Positions 24,038-32,156 of a stretch of DNA of 32,645 bases are shown one piece after another. The notes below the pieces were generated by a model that searched no databases, was not told the origin of the DNA, and saw only the letters and a program-made list of their open reading frames with translations. The stretch's first letter is position 1. Each line of letters opens with the position of its first letter. The DNA is from a virus. The DNA is taken from positions 1 through 32,645 of the IMG/VR virus record IMGVR_UViG_3300035104_000010. The stretch is one strand, 5' to 3'. The position numbers and the translations under genes are program-made.

Positions 24038-24190
24038 ATGAGAAATTTCACAGAGAATGAAATCATGCAGAGAGTATTGGATTGGGGTCTTGACCCAGAC
24101 AGTGATGAGGACTTTTACACAGCAAGAGAAAGCCTTTATTGCGATAATGGCGGAGTTGCTGTTGACGCTTATAATGATGGTGTTATCTGA
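24038..24190 (+). CDS. Very acidic small protein (50 aa), not in the ORF track
   Basis: It has the same 16-nt leader, AAAGGAGACCGATATG, as the preceding gene. The sequence is MRNFTENEIMQRVLDWGLDPDSDEDFYTARESLYCDNGGVAVDAYNDGVI, with 12 D/E against 3 R. Confidence 0.55.
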   Translation: MRNFTENEIMQRVLDWGLDPDSDEDFYTARESLYCDNGGVAVDAYNDGVI

Positions 24191-24219
24191 CCTCAACTTA
24201 ATCAAGACAAGGAGGACTG

Positions 24220-24408
24220 ATGGAAAAGATACTAGAGTACAACGGAATCGAATGGCTTGTAGGCTACGATTGGGACGATGATGCACGTACAAACATGGAG
24301 ATACACACAATCAAAGTGGGTAACTCTCCAGACCTCTACGAGCATCTTCTAGCGGAAACGGTGCTAGCTCTATTCAAGATGCTAGAGGATTCGTTTAAAG
24401 ATTACTAA
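24220..24408 (+). CDS. Acidic small protein (62 aa)
   Basis: AAGGAGG RBS. 14 D/E against 5 K/R. Confidence 0.6.
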   Translation: MEKILEYNGIEWLVGYDWDDDARTNMEIHTIKVGNSPDLYEHLLAETVLALFKMLEDSFKDY

Positions 24409-24462
24409 TCCACAATGGGTTGCGTTGACTAGGCGCAATCCTCGTGCAAACAGGAGCGTATT

Positions 24463-24657
24463 ATGACTTATGAGGAAAGTTACGAGACATTTACGGATGC
24501 TGAATCATTAGCAAAGGAAGTAATTCGTGATGTATGGATTGCATCATTGTTTTCTTGTTCGGATAGGCATAAAGTTATCATCAAAGCTGCTGAGAAAGTT
24601 TTTAACGAAAAATTCCCAGACTTTGAAGGATTAAAAACACTATTAAGTGACCTTTAA
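24463..24657 (+). CDS. Acidic small protein (64 aa)
   Basis: CAGGAG RBS. 13 D/E against 8 K/R. Confidence 0.6.
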   Translation: MTYEESYETFTDAESLAKEVIRDVWIASLFSCSDRHKVIIKAAEKVFNEKFPDFEGLKTLLSDL

Positions 24658-24673
24658 TTGGGAGGGTATTGGC

Positions 24674-24871
24674 ATGAAGGTTATTAAAGGCAAATCAGTC
24701 AACGGGGTTTCTCAACAACCTTGTCCACATTATTTCAAGAGCTACGATGTGCGTATCGGGTCCACGTGGTGCAAGCGTTGCAAATTCTTTGCAGGTTATT
24801 CAACAACCAGAGGTGAGCATGACCAGCTTACCGGAACTTATGATATAGAGGTAAAATGCAATGCAGAGTAA
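24674..24871 (+). CDS. Small Cys-containing protein (65 aa)
   Basis: GGGAGGG lies upstream of the ATG at 24674. The sequence contains CPHY...WCKRCKF. Confidence 0.55.
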   Translation: MKVIKGKSVNGVSQQPCPHYFKSYDVRIGSTWCKRCKFFAGYSTTRGEHDQLTGTYDIEVKCNAE

Positions 24872-25121
24872 CACCATCCACGAAAGAGTACAGAGGGCAG
24901 CTCATGGCTTCACCCTAGAATCGTACAAAGTATTCAAGGACATCGGGAAAATCCTACTGACCTTCAATCTTGGATACGATTCCAGAGGGGAGATGATGCA
25001 AGCAGAGAAATTGGTAGAATTGGAGGAACAATGCCATACAAAAACAAAGCGATCAAGAAATCTTGGAACAAGCGGTACTACAGGACCCACCCAGAACGCT
25101 ACAGGGCAGAACAGGCGGTAA
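24861..25121 (+). CDS. Hypothetical protein; the 3' end is uncertain because it overlaps the next gene by 91 nt
   Basis: ORF from the track. The C-terminal 30 aa look like out-of-frame read-through of the next gene. Confidence 0.35.
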   Translation: MQSNTIHERVQRAAHGFTLESYKVFKDIGKILLTFNLGYDSRGEMMQAEKLVELEEQCHTKTKRSRNLGTSGTTGPTQNATGQNRR

Positions 25122-25282
25122 GGGACGCAAAGCGCAACGGTACACTAATACCACAGCCTTGTGTGGTGTGTGGAGCAACCAAGACCGAAGCGCACCACAA
25201 GGACTACTCACGACCTCTTGATGTAACATGGTTATGCAAGCACTGTCATAGGTTATTGCACAATGGTAAGATTGACTTATGA
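25031..25282 (+). CDS. HNH-like zinc-finger protein
   Basis: GGAGGA RBS. The pattern is CVVCG...AHHKDYSRPLDVTWLCKHCH. Confidence 0.55.
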   Translation: MPYKNKAIKKSWNKRYYRTHPERYRAEQAVRDAKRNGTLIPQPCVVCGATKTEAHHKDYSRPLDVTWLCKHCHRLLHNGKIDL

Positions 25283-25365
25283 GGGGTAATAGTGTACACT
25301 GTCTCTAGGTTCGGAACATGAGGTAACACTTCCACTTACCCCATGTGCTGAAAAGCATGTGATAC

Positions 25366-25431
25366 AGCCTTAACTGTTCATTCCGTGGAAGCCCAGAAAT
25401 GGGGGAATGAGTGGTTAGGGCTTTTGTTTTT
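25366..25431 (+). terminator. Strong intrinsic terminator (19-bp stem with an inner CCCA-GAAA-TGGG hairpin)
   Basis: 25366-25384 pairs with 25404-25422 (four G:U) and is followed by TTTTGTTTTT. Confidence 0.75.
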
Positions 25432-25445
25432 CATAGGAGTAGCAT

Positions 25446-25607
25446 ATGACGGTTTATGGATTCGATTTTATTAAAATGGATGATGGAGATTATGTTCTTT
25501 CCAACAGGGTTGATGATGAAATGTTCATTGTACTTAGTAAATATGACATCAGAATGTTGAATGAAATAATTGATAAAGAACTTGCAAAGGACAATGAGAA
25601 TGAGTAA
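25446..25607 (+). CDS. Acidic small protein (53 aa), not in the ORF track
   Basis: TAGGAG lies upstream. Hand translation gives MTVYGFDFIKMDDGDYVLSNRVDDEMFIVLSKYDIRMLNEIIDKELAKDNENE. Confidence 0.5.
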   Translation: MTVYGFDFIKMDDGDYVLSNRVDDEMFIVLSKYDIRMLNEIIDKELAKDNENE

Positions 25608-26406
25608 TAATAACGGCACGATTATTCGTATAAAAAATAAAACGAGCAATTTTACTATTGTTGCAAATGAGGCATTTCAGCGTTCAGACATTTCCGCAAG
25701 AGCTAAGGGAATATATGCCTACATCATGACCTTGCCGGATGATTGGAAGCTCTATAAATCAGAGCTGTACAATCACTTCACAGAAGGTATCACTGCAATA
25801 GATACAGCTTTCAAAGAGCTTGAAAAACTTGGATATATCACAAAAGAAAGGTGTAAGGGAGAAGGTGGTAAATTCTCTGGATGGGACTATACAATCAGTG
25901 AATCGGTAAAGAAAACCGACCCTATGGAAAACCGACTTTCGGATAAACCGAAATCGGGCAATCAACAGCTACTAAGTACTAACTCTTCACAAAGTACTGA
26001 TAAACAAAGTACTGATAATATATATAGTGAAGTTTCCGAGGAAATAATTTCCTATCTCAATGAAAAGACTTCATCAAGATTCAAAGCAACCAAAGCACAT
26101 AAAGGATTCATTAATGAAAGGTTAAATGAAGGATTCACGAAAGAGGACTTCTTCACTGTCATTGACAAAAAGGTCAAGACATGGAAAGGCACTGAGTGGG
26201 AGAAATACCTAAGACCTTCAACGCTCTTTAATGCTACGAAATTCCAAAGCTATCTCAACGAGAAAGGATTTTCAAAAATTCAAGGCAACGATGTATCACC
26301 GGAACTCCAAGCAAAGGGCGTTTTTAGAATTGAGAACGGTAAGTATTACACCGAGCATGGAACAGAGTTTGATCCATTCAAGGAAAAAGGGGAGTGTCCA
26401 TTTTGA
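25594..26406 (+). CDS. Replisome organizer / replication initiator (DnaD-like, phage conserved C-terminus)
   Basis: The N-terminal wHTH-like region (FTIVANEAFQRSDISARAKGIYAYIMTLPDDW) and the C-terminal IISYLNEKT..RFKAT....INERLNEGFT.EDF..VIDKKV..W......YLRPSTLFN match the phage replisome organizer C-terminal domain. The start could be 25594 or 25600. Confidence 0.7.
   Translation: MRMSNNNGTIIRIKNKTSNFTIVANEAFQRSDISARAKGIYAYIMTLPDDWKLYKSELYNHFTEGITAIDTAFKELEKLGYITKERCKGEGGKFSGWDYTISESVKKTDPMENRLSDKPKSGNQQLLSTNSSQSTDKQSTDNIYSEVSEEIISYLNEKTSSRFKATKAHKGFINERLNEGFTKEDFFTVIDKKVKTWKGTEWEKYLRPSTLFNATKFQSYLNEKGFSKIQGNDVSPELQAKGVFRIENGKYYTEHGTEFDPFKEKGECPF
25989..26018. repeat. Perfect tandem 15-bp direct repeat (ACAAAGTACTGATAA x2); candidate origin iterons
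   Basis: The copies are at 25989-26003 and 26004-26018. They are preceded by AAGTACT at 25974-80 and two CCGAnnnTCGG palindromes, and followed by TATATATA. Confidence 0.5.
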
Positions 26407-27233
26407 AAGCAAAATCAGCAATTGAACAGGTATTCATGAATCTGCAGGCAACAAGGGAAGAAGGCGATTATATCAAAGATGATATATTGTATTGTGGGAA
26501 ATGTCACACACCAAAGCAGCTCAAGAAAATCTTTCTAGGGACAGAGAAAACCTTTGGGTGTATGTGCGATTGCCAAGCGGAGGAAGTGTGCAACCAGGAG
26601 GAAGCGGACAGGAAGAAAAGGCTTGTGGAGCGTATAGAGCTGAACAAGGCGAATTGCTACAATGATGTTTCACTTCTTGAAAACACATTTGAAAAAGACG
26701 ACAACTCACTTCCCACAATAAGCAACGCTTGCAAGAAGTATGTAGAGCACTTCGAAACCTTCTTAGGAGAGGGTAGAGGGTTGTTGTTCTATGGATTGGT
26801 TGACGGGGGAAAGACCTTCTTTGCCAACTGTATCCTTAACACTCTTCTTGACCAAGGCTATAAGTGCAAGGGCACTTCTTTTCCAGACCTAGCAAGTAAA
26901 TCCTTTGCTGACTTCGACAAGACAGAGTTCTACACCTCTTTCAATTCTTATGACTTATTGCTTATTGATGATATGGGGACGGAGCGGAGAACGGATTACA
27001 TGCAAGAGGTTATTTATGGGGTTATCGATACTAGATACACCGCAAAGCTGCCGATGATTATCACCACGAATTTATCACTGGAGGACATAAAGAATCCAGA
27101 GGATATATCCAACAAGCGTATCTTTTCAAGGATTCTAGAGCGTTGTCATCCTATCGAGATAAAACAGACAAAGCACAGGCTGAAGAATGGGCGCAGCGAT
27201 TTTGTCAAGACGAAAAATATTCTAGGTATCTAA
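26394..27233 (+). CDS. DnaC/DnaI-like helicase loader ATPase
   Basis: Walker A GLVDGGKT, Walker B LLLIDDMGTE and an N-terminal Cys cluster (CGKCH...CMCDC). The start is uncertain: GTG at 26394 or TTG at 26403. Confidence 0.75.
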   Translation: MSILKAKSAIEQVFMNLQATREEGDYIKDDILYCGKCHTPKQLKKIFLGTEKTFGCMCDCQAEEVCNQEEADRKKRLVERIELNKANCYNDVSLLENTFEKDDNSLPTISNACKKYVEHFETFLGEGRGLLFYGLVDGGKTFFANCILNTLLDQGYKCKGTSFPDLASKSFADFDKTEFYTSFNSYDLLLIDDMGTERRTDYMQEVIYGVIDTRYTAKLPMIITTNLSLEDIKNPEDISNKRIFSRILERCHPIEIKQTKHRLKNGRSDFVKTKNILGI

Positions 27234-27246
27234 AAAGGAGCAGACC

Positions 27247-27453
27247 ATGATTGATCTAAAAATCGGCACCAAAGTAAAAGTAAACGGGAAGCATGGGGTA
27301 GTTAAGGACAGCACCGCTATTCCATGCACACAGATTCTCTGCAATCACTGTATAGCACAAGGTGTTTGTGAGAGATTAGGAATCGCTTGCATGTCCCACG
27401 AACGGAAAGACAAAAAAGATGTGTATATCTGTGAAATACCGATTGACAAATAA
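27247..27453 (+). CDS. Hypothetical Cys-rich protein (68 aa)
   Basis: AAAGGAG RBS and an ORF. Confidence 0.55.
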   Translation: MIDLKIGTKVKVNGKHGVVKDSTAIPCTQILCNHCIAQGVCERLGIACMSHERKDKKDVYICEIPIDK

Positions 27454-27471
27454 TACTATAGGGTGTAGTAT
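27443..27471 (+). promoter_or_regulatory. Promoter TTGACA-17-TAGTAT with the conserved operator-like spacer
   Basis: TTGACA at 27443-48. The spacer contains ACTATAGGGTGTA. TAGTAT is at 27466-71. Confidence 0.5.
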
Positions 27472-27493
27472 TAATTATCAAAGGAGATACAAT

Positions 27494-27733
27494 ATGAAAT
27501 TCAAAGCAATCGAATGGAAGCAGGAAACAGGTACTAGGGAACATGCAGATTTAGCTTTCGAGCTTGAGGTTGATGTTTGGGACTACAATAATGTATGTGT
27601 CTGGGCGATTGGTGATAAACATAACACTTATGCAAAAGGTAGATGCAAAACAAGAGAACAGGCAAAAGCAAAGGCTGAAGGAGCATTTACCGAGTATGTG
27701 TGTAGAAATCTAGAAAAGTGCATAGAGCAATAA
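27494..27733 (+). CDS. Hypothetical protein (79 aa)
   Basis: AAAGGAG lies 7 nt before the ATG at 27494. Confidence 0.6.
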   Translation: MKFKAIEWKQETGTREHADLAFELEVDVWDYNNVCVWAIGDKHNTYAKGRCKTREQAKAKAEGAFTEYVCRNLEKCIEQ

Positions 27734-27742
27734 GGAGGACTT

Positions 27743-27958
27743 ATGATTTACGTATTTACACCAGTTTATGATTATGACGAAACAAGAGAAGTATTCGAGT
27801 TTGAAAATATTGATAAGGCAATATCTTTCATTGATGAACATCTTAAACAAAACAAAACAGCAAGTTTCCATAACGGACCAGATGATTACATAGTAGTGGA
27901 AGGCAGAAAGATAAAGTTAAAGGCAATCGAATACGCAAGCAAGGTTGTTGTTGGATAG
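27743..27958 (+). CDS. Hypothetical protein (71 aa)
   Basis: TAAGGAGG RBS. Confidence 0.6.
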   Translation: MIYVFTPVYDYDETREVFEFENIDKAISFIDEHLKQNKTASFHNGPDDYIVVEGRKIKLKAIEYASKVVVG

Positions 27959-28034
27959 CAACACCAAGCACCTCTTTGGATGGGGTATTTTTCCAACCCA
28001 TCCAGTGGGCTGAGGTAATGCAAAGGAGAAGCAT

Positions 28035-28154
28035 ATGACAGCGATCAAATCAATTAGTTTCGTGGCTGGTTGGATTATCACCGCAAGCATTGGGATTTGG
28101 GCTATGGCTCTATATGGGGCTGTTATCGCATTAGGAATAGGGAGGACATTATGA
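28035..28154 (+). CDS. Small hydrophobic peptide (39 aa), not in the ORF track
   Basis: AAAGGAG RBS. The sequence is MTAIKSISFVAGWIITASIGIWAMALYGAVIALGIGRTL. ATGA overlap with the next gene. Confidence 0.4.
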   Translation: MTAIKSISFVAGWIITASIGIWAMALYGAVIALGIGRTL

Positions 28155-28849
28155 CGTTAGAGAACACAAGCGGAATTGTACCGGAAAACAATCTGGTAAT
28201 GTTGGTTTATGGGAAGGGGGGAACAGGTAAGACAACCTTTGCGGCTACTGCTCCACGACCTTTGATTTTAGACTTCGAGAACGGTACGAAATATCTTGGT
28301 TCACGTGGGATTAGTGCCGATGTAGTCAGATTAGACCATTGGCTCAACAGTGGGGACAAAAAGGACTTGCTGAATCTCTTGAAAGACCACGACACCATTG
28401 TTATTGACCCACTTGGAGAAGCAATGGACAAGCTCATTGACTCACCAGAAATCAAGGGACCGAAGTACCGCACCGGAGACGGTGGACTCACCATGGCAGG
28501 ATGGGGTGAGGTCAAAAAGCAGATGCGGAACTTCATCAAGTTTTTGCGTGACACCAAGAAGAATGTCATTATTGTATCCCATGTTTCTGAAATCCAGAAC
28601 GATCAAACCATCGAACATAGGATACAGGTAGCAACCAAGCTCTCCGATGAAATCCCCAACATGGTTGATGTTATCAGCTATCTTGGAGTGAGAAAGGAAG
28701 GGGAGGACTACAAGCGTGTTCTTTATACCCCAACGCAGGGTGGTAACTTTGACTCAAAAGACCGAACAGGAACCGTCCCCATGACCGTAGAGATTGGCGA
28801 GACAACCGGATGGCAAGACCTCATGAACGCAATGAAAGGAGAGAAGTAA
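28151..28849 (+). CDS. Sak4-like RecA-fold ATPase (AAA_24-type recombination protein)
   Basis: Walker A YGKGGTGKTTFA, PLILDFENG, Walker B TIVIDPLGE and IIVSHVSE. Confidence 0.75.
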   Translation: MTLENTSGIVPENNLVMLVYGKGGTGKTTFAATAPRPLILDFENGTKYLGSRGISADVVRLDHWLNSGDKKDLLNLLKDHDTIVIDPLGEAMDKLIDSPEIKGPKYRTGDGGLTMAGWGEVKKQMRNFIKFLRDTKKNVIIVSHVSEIQNDQTIEHRIQVATKLSDEIPNMVDVISYLGVRKEGEDYKRVLYTPTQGGNFDSKDRTGTVPMTVEIGETTGWQDLMNAMKGEK

Positions 28850-29593
28850 ATGGCATACGAAAGAAACGGGGTGCAATACCCTTCAGTGACTATGATTCTA
28901 GGATTGTTGGACAAGCCTGCTTTGTTGGGTTGGGCGAGCAATTGTGCAGTAGACTTCATAGCTGATAACTTGGAAGCGATCAAAGACCCATTGGATGTGC
29001 ATCGTGGGGAACAGGTTTTGGAGCAAGCAAGGAAGGCATACGCACAGAAAAGGGACGATGCAGCTTCCGCTGGAACACAAGCACATCATGCCATTGAAGC
29101 ATACATCAATGGTCTTGACCCAGAGCAATTCCTTCAATGTGACCAAGCAAGAACCGCTTTCTCGGCCTTCAAGAGCTGGGAAGAGAAGAATCATGTACAG
29201 TGGCTTGAAACGGAATGCGAGGTGTTTTCTGAGAATGTCGGATATGCTGGACGCTTTGATGCAATCGCACTGATTAACGGTCATAAGTACTTGGTGGACT
29301 TCAAGACATCCAAGGGTATCTATGACGAAATGAAATACCAGCTTTGTGCTTATCTCCAAGCCTACAATGAAGGACTCCAGGAAGGGCAAGAAAGGCTTGA
29401 AAATATCGCACTGCTCCACCTTGACAAGGAAACAGCAGAACCGACTTTCAAGACCATCGAAACCGATATTGACAGAATGACCGCATGTTTCAATCACTTG
29501 GTAATGGTGTACTATCTGCAAAAGAATCGCAGATTGAAGAACAATCCATTTGTAGCACTTGCAAAGGGTGAACAGCCCAAGGCTGCTTTCTAG
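28850..29593 (+). CDS. PD-(D/E)XK exonuclease (RecB/Cas4-like)
   Basis: GTQAHHAIE ... GRFDAIAL..(n)..LVDFKTSK ... YQLCAYLQAY. Confidence 0.7.
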   Translation: MAYERNGVQYPSVTMILGLLDKPALLGWASNCAVDFIADNLEAIKDPLDVHRGEQVLEQARKAYAQKRDDAASAGTQAHHAIEAYINGLDPEQFLQCDQARTAFSAFKSWEEKNHVQWLETECEVFSENVGYAGRFDAIALINGHKYLVDFKTSKGIYDEMKYQLCAYLQAYNEGLQEGQERLENIALLHLDKETAEPTFKTIETDIDRMTACFNHLVMVYYLQKNRRLKNNPFVALAKGEQPKAAF

Positions 29594-29601
29594 GAGGAAA
29601 C

Positions 29602-29901
29602 ATGACAGTAGCAGATGCGGCAAAGATTGTAGGGTGCCATGAAAAAACCATTTACAATTACGTGCGAAGTGGAGAGTTGAAGGTCACAAGACCCTATAGC
29701 ACCCCGAACAACAAAATTGAGATTAGCCAAGAAGAACTCAAACGCTTCATGGAAATTCCAAAAGGACTCTTGACTGTGGAAGAGGTTGCAGAGATGAAAG
29801 GGGTAAAGACCAAGACGGTACACAGTTGGGTAACAAGGGGGACCCTTAAACCAAAGCTGAAGTTTCTAAGACAAATTTATTTTGATCCGGAGGACTTATG
29901 A
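29602..29901 (+). CDS. DNA-binding protein with two excisionase/MerR-type HTH repeats
   Basis: MTVADAAKIVGCHEKTIYNYVRSGEL and LLTVEEVAEMKGVKTKTVHSWVTRGTL. Confidence 0.55.
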   Translation: MTVADAAKIVGCHEKTIYNYVRSGELKVTRPYSTPNNKIEISQEELKRFMEIPKGLLTVEEVAEMKGVKTKTVHSWVTRGTLKPKLKFLRQIYFDPEDL

Positions 29902-30380
29902 CCGTATCTTGGACGGTTAAGCAAGAGGAAGTGGGGCTAGCAATAGTCCCACCATCCCACAAGGACAAGGTAAAGGAGCTGTTCTCAAAGACCGACAAGA
30001 AGCATGGTGGATATATCACCATCAAGATGTGTGAGCCGGAGCGTGTTGGGAGTGACGCACAGAATAGGGCCTTTCACAGCCTTCTTGGCGAATATTGGAA
30101 AAGTGGCCTTTCAAGTTACGAATCCTATGACGATATGCGGGACACCTTCAAGCTGAGGGCCGCCGGAGCTGATGAATACATCTTCATAGAAAACGGGAAG
30201 GTGCGCCATGTAAAGAGCCTTGATGATGTGAATGGCAGATATGCTGAGGTGCCGAAAAGCTGGGCAGACTTTACCGTAGAGCAGCGCAAGGACGCAATCG
30301 ATGAAGTTATACGAGAAGCAACCATTGCAGGAATCAACTCCAGGAAGTGGGAAGAAATCTTGCGTGGTATGGAAGAATAG
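29898..30380 (+). CDS. Hypothetical protein, possibly a NinB/Orf-like recombination mediator
   Basis: Weak resemblance: DAQNRAFHSLLGEYW compared with lambda Orf LDQNRKLWACLGDV. It sits in the recombination module. Confidence 0.3.
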   Translation: MTVSWTVKQEEVGLAIVPPSHKDKVKELFSKTDKKHGGYITIKMCEPERVGSDAQNRAFHSLLGEYWKSGLSSYESYDDMRDTFKLRAAGADEYIFIENGKVRHVKSLDDVNGRYAEVPKSWADFTVEQRKDAIDEVIREATIAGINSRKWEEILRGMEE

Positions 30381-30381
30381 G

Positions 30382-30410
30382 CTTGTTTAATATCATATCT
30401 GTGGTATAAT
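30382..30410 (+). promoter_or_regulatory. Promoter with extended -10 (TGgTATAAT) upstream of ssb
   Basis: TG at 30402-03 and TATAAT at 30405-10. The -35 is weak (CTTGTT, 30382-87). Confidence 0.45.
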
Positions 30411-30427
30411 TTAGTAAAGGAGATTGT

Positions 30428-30844
30428 ATGAACGACATGAATGTATTAGCAATCAATGGGCGTCTGGTACGAGACGCAGAGCTTAGCTACACCAACAGCG
30501 GTATGGCTATAGGCAAATTCTCTATCGCTTCAAATCGTAGCGTCAAGAAAAACGACAAGTGGGAAGATGAAGCTGGATTTTACGACTGTGTTATGTTTGG
30601 CAAGATGGCACAGAGTGTAAACCAATACCTCACCAAAGGTCAACAGGTCTCCATAGCCGGAGAAATCCGACAAGAGCGTTGGGAGAAGGACGGTCAGAAC
30701 CGGAGCAAGGTCGTTATCATTGTGAACCACCTTCAGCTTATGGGTGGTAAGAGCGAACCGAAGGAAGAAAATCGATATCCGAAGCAACAGAGTGGGCCGG
30801 AGAGTTTTGCTGATGATAGCTCTGATTTAGGAATTCCGTTTTAG
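30428..30844 (+). CDS. ssb: Single-stranded DNA-binding protein
   Basis: OB-fold pattern (LAINGRLVRDAELSYTNSGMAIGKFSIASNR...) and an acidic C-terminal tail ending DLGIPF. Confidence 0.9.
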   Translation: MNDMNVLAINGRLVRDAELSYTNSGMAIGKFSIASNRSVKKNDKWEDEAGFYDCVMFGKMAQSVNQYLTKGQQVSIAGEIRQERWEKDGQNRSKVVIIVNHLQLMGGKSEPKEENRYPKQQSGPESFADDSSDLGIPF

Positions 30845-30853
30845 GAGGAAGAA

Positions 30854-31237
30854 ATGAGAGAAATATTATTTAGGGGTAAAGCAGAAGAAGGGCAAACACT
30901 CAATGGTGTATCTGGATTTTGGGAATTTGGACATCTTGTAAAGTGGGCAAACCAATATTTCATTATGGATGAAAATTGTAACTGGGATATTTCAGAATCT
31001 GGCACAAGGGTAATCCCCAAAACTATCGGTCAGTTCATCGGACTTCTGGATAAGAACGGCAAGAAGATTTTTGAAGGGGATATTGTAAGAATCGAGGATT
31101 TTGCTAATGCGGTCGTGAAATGGAGAGAAGATATAGCTTGTTGGACTTTGCAGGGTTATATCATTGGCAACACGTGGGACTCCTCAATGTTAGAGGTAAT
31201 CGGCAACATCCACGACAACCCAGAGCTACTTTCATGA
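30854..31237 (+). CDS. YopX-family protein
   Basis: MREILFRGK ... IGQFIGLLDKNGKKIFEGDIV ... EVIGNIHDNPELL. Confidence 0.8.
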   Translation: MREILFRGKAEEGQTLNGVSGFWEFGHLVKWANQYFIMDENCNWDISESGTRVIPKTIGQFIGLLDKNGKKIFEGDIVRIEDFANAVVKWREDIACWTLQGYIIGNTWDSSMLEVIGNIHDNPELLS

Positions 31238-31566
31238 CCGAACGAGAACGATTGGACTACCAAGAGAACCGTATCCGCTTGATGGTAGAGCGTGGTTGCA
31301 AATGCGAGGTGTGCGGGAAACCGTTGCACCTCGGCAACCTCCAGTTGGCCCACCGAATTGCCTCCACCAAAGGTTACTTGAAGCAGTACGGAAATAATGT
31401 GATTCATCACCCATTGAATTTGGCTACCGTGTGCAGTCTGAAATGCAACGATGCTGTGCTACTTGATCCAAAAACACACCCGATAGAAGCACAAGCACTG
31501 ATTGAAAAGATTTCGACAGCGACCAGATACTGTTCTAAGGAGGAACAGCATGGAAGAAACCAATGA
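31234..31566 (+). CDS. HNH endonuclease
   Basis: ATGA overlap with the upstream gene. The pattern is CEVCGKPL...LAHRI...N..TVCSLKCND. Confidence 0.6.
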   Translation: MTERERLDYQENRIRLMVERGCKCEVCGKPLHLGNLQLAHRIASTKGYLKQYGNNVIHHPLNLATVCSLKCNDAVLLDPKTHPIEAQALIEKISTATRYCSKEEQHGRNQ

Positions 31567-31732
31567 GATTTATGAAAAGGTTGTCTCAATTCTTGAAGAA
31601 GGTGTGAAGCCGTTGGAACAACTCTACACAGTGAGGGGAGCAAAATTTAGTGTTGAGGATGTGGGAACAATAGCTGAGACGTTCTTTGCCATCTATAACA
31701 AAATGATTGATTATTACAAGGAGTTGAAGTGA
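31550..31732 (+). CDS. Hypothetical protein (60 aa)
   Basis: AAGGAGG RBS before the ATG at 31550. Confidence 0.55.
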   Translation: MEETNEIYEKVVSILEEGVKPLEQLYTVRGAKFSVEDVGTIAETFFAIYNKMIDYYKELK

Positions 31733-32154
31733 TGGAAAAGACTGAGATGATGAAGAAGTTCGAAGATGAGACATGTAAGCACTCTGTAATCTTGAAATTC
31801 ATGGCAGGTGGACAAGCATTGGAAAGCAAGGACTTCCCGAAGATTGGGTCTTATGATTACAGCACTGATTACATCGCATGGCTCGAAGCAAAGGCCAATA
31901 TCACTGACGATACAATCGAGAAGTTCCAAAAAATTATCAGAAACCAGTGTGATGAAATATCTGCACTCAAAGATCAACTCACGTGGCATCCTGCGAGTGA
32001 GAAGCCAGAGGAAGGGCAGTTTGTTTTTGGTTACAATCAAAAGACCAAATACTTTGACGTGATATTTTTTTACAATGGTAGCTTTTACCTAAGAGGGATT
32101 GCTGTCACTATCACTCACTGGTTACCCATTCCACCAGTACCAGAAGGAGAGTGA
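31732..32154 (+). CDS. DUF551-like protein
   Basis: The C-terminus W.PASEKPEEGQ...THWLPIPPVP is DUF551-like. The N-terminal module is shared with the next gene. The ATG at 31732 is preferred over the GTG at 31729. Confidence 0.6.
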   Translation: MEKTEMMKKFEDETCKHSVILKFMAGGQALESKDFPKIGSYDYSTDYIAWLEAKANITDDTIEKFQKIIRNQCDEISALKDQLTWHPASEKPEEGQFVFGYNQKTKYFDVIFFYNGSFYLRGIAVTITHWLPIPPVPEGE

Positions 32155-32156
32155 CT

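Noticed and set aside
24057-24281. 74-aa track ORF in the early region. Similar alternative-frame track ORFs include 1381-1575, 3955-4254, 4749-5042, 6093-6359, 7697-7885, 8078-8335, 18932-19114, 20455-20982, 26231-26425, 28398-28631, 28995-29273 and 31808-32062.
   Set aside because: They overlap better-supported genes in another frame, lack RBSs and have Arg/Ser/Thr-rich translations typical of off-frame reading. At 24057 the RBS-preceded ORFs 24038-24190 and 24220-24408 explain the region.
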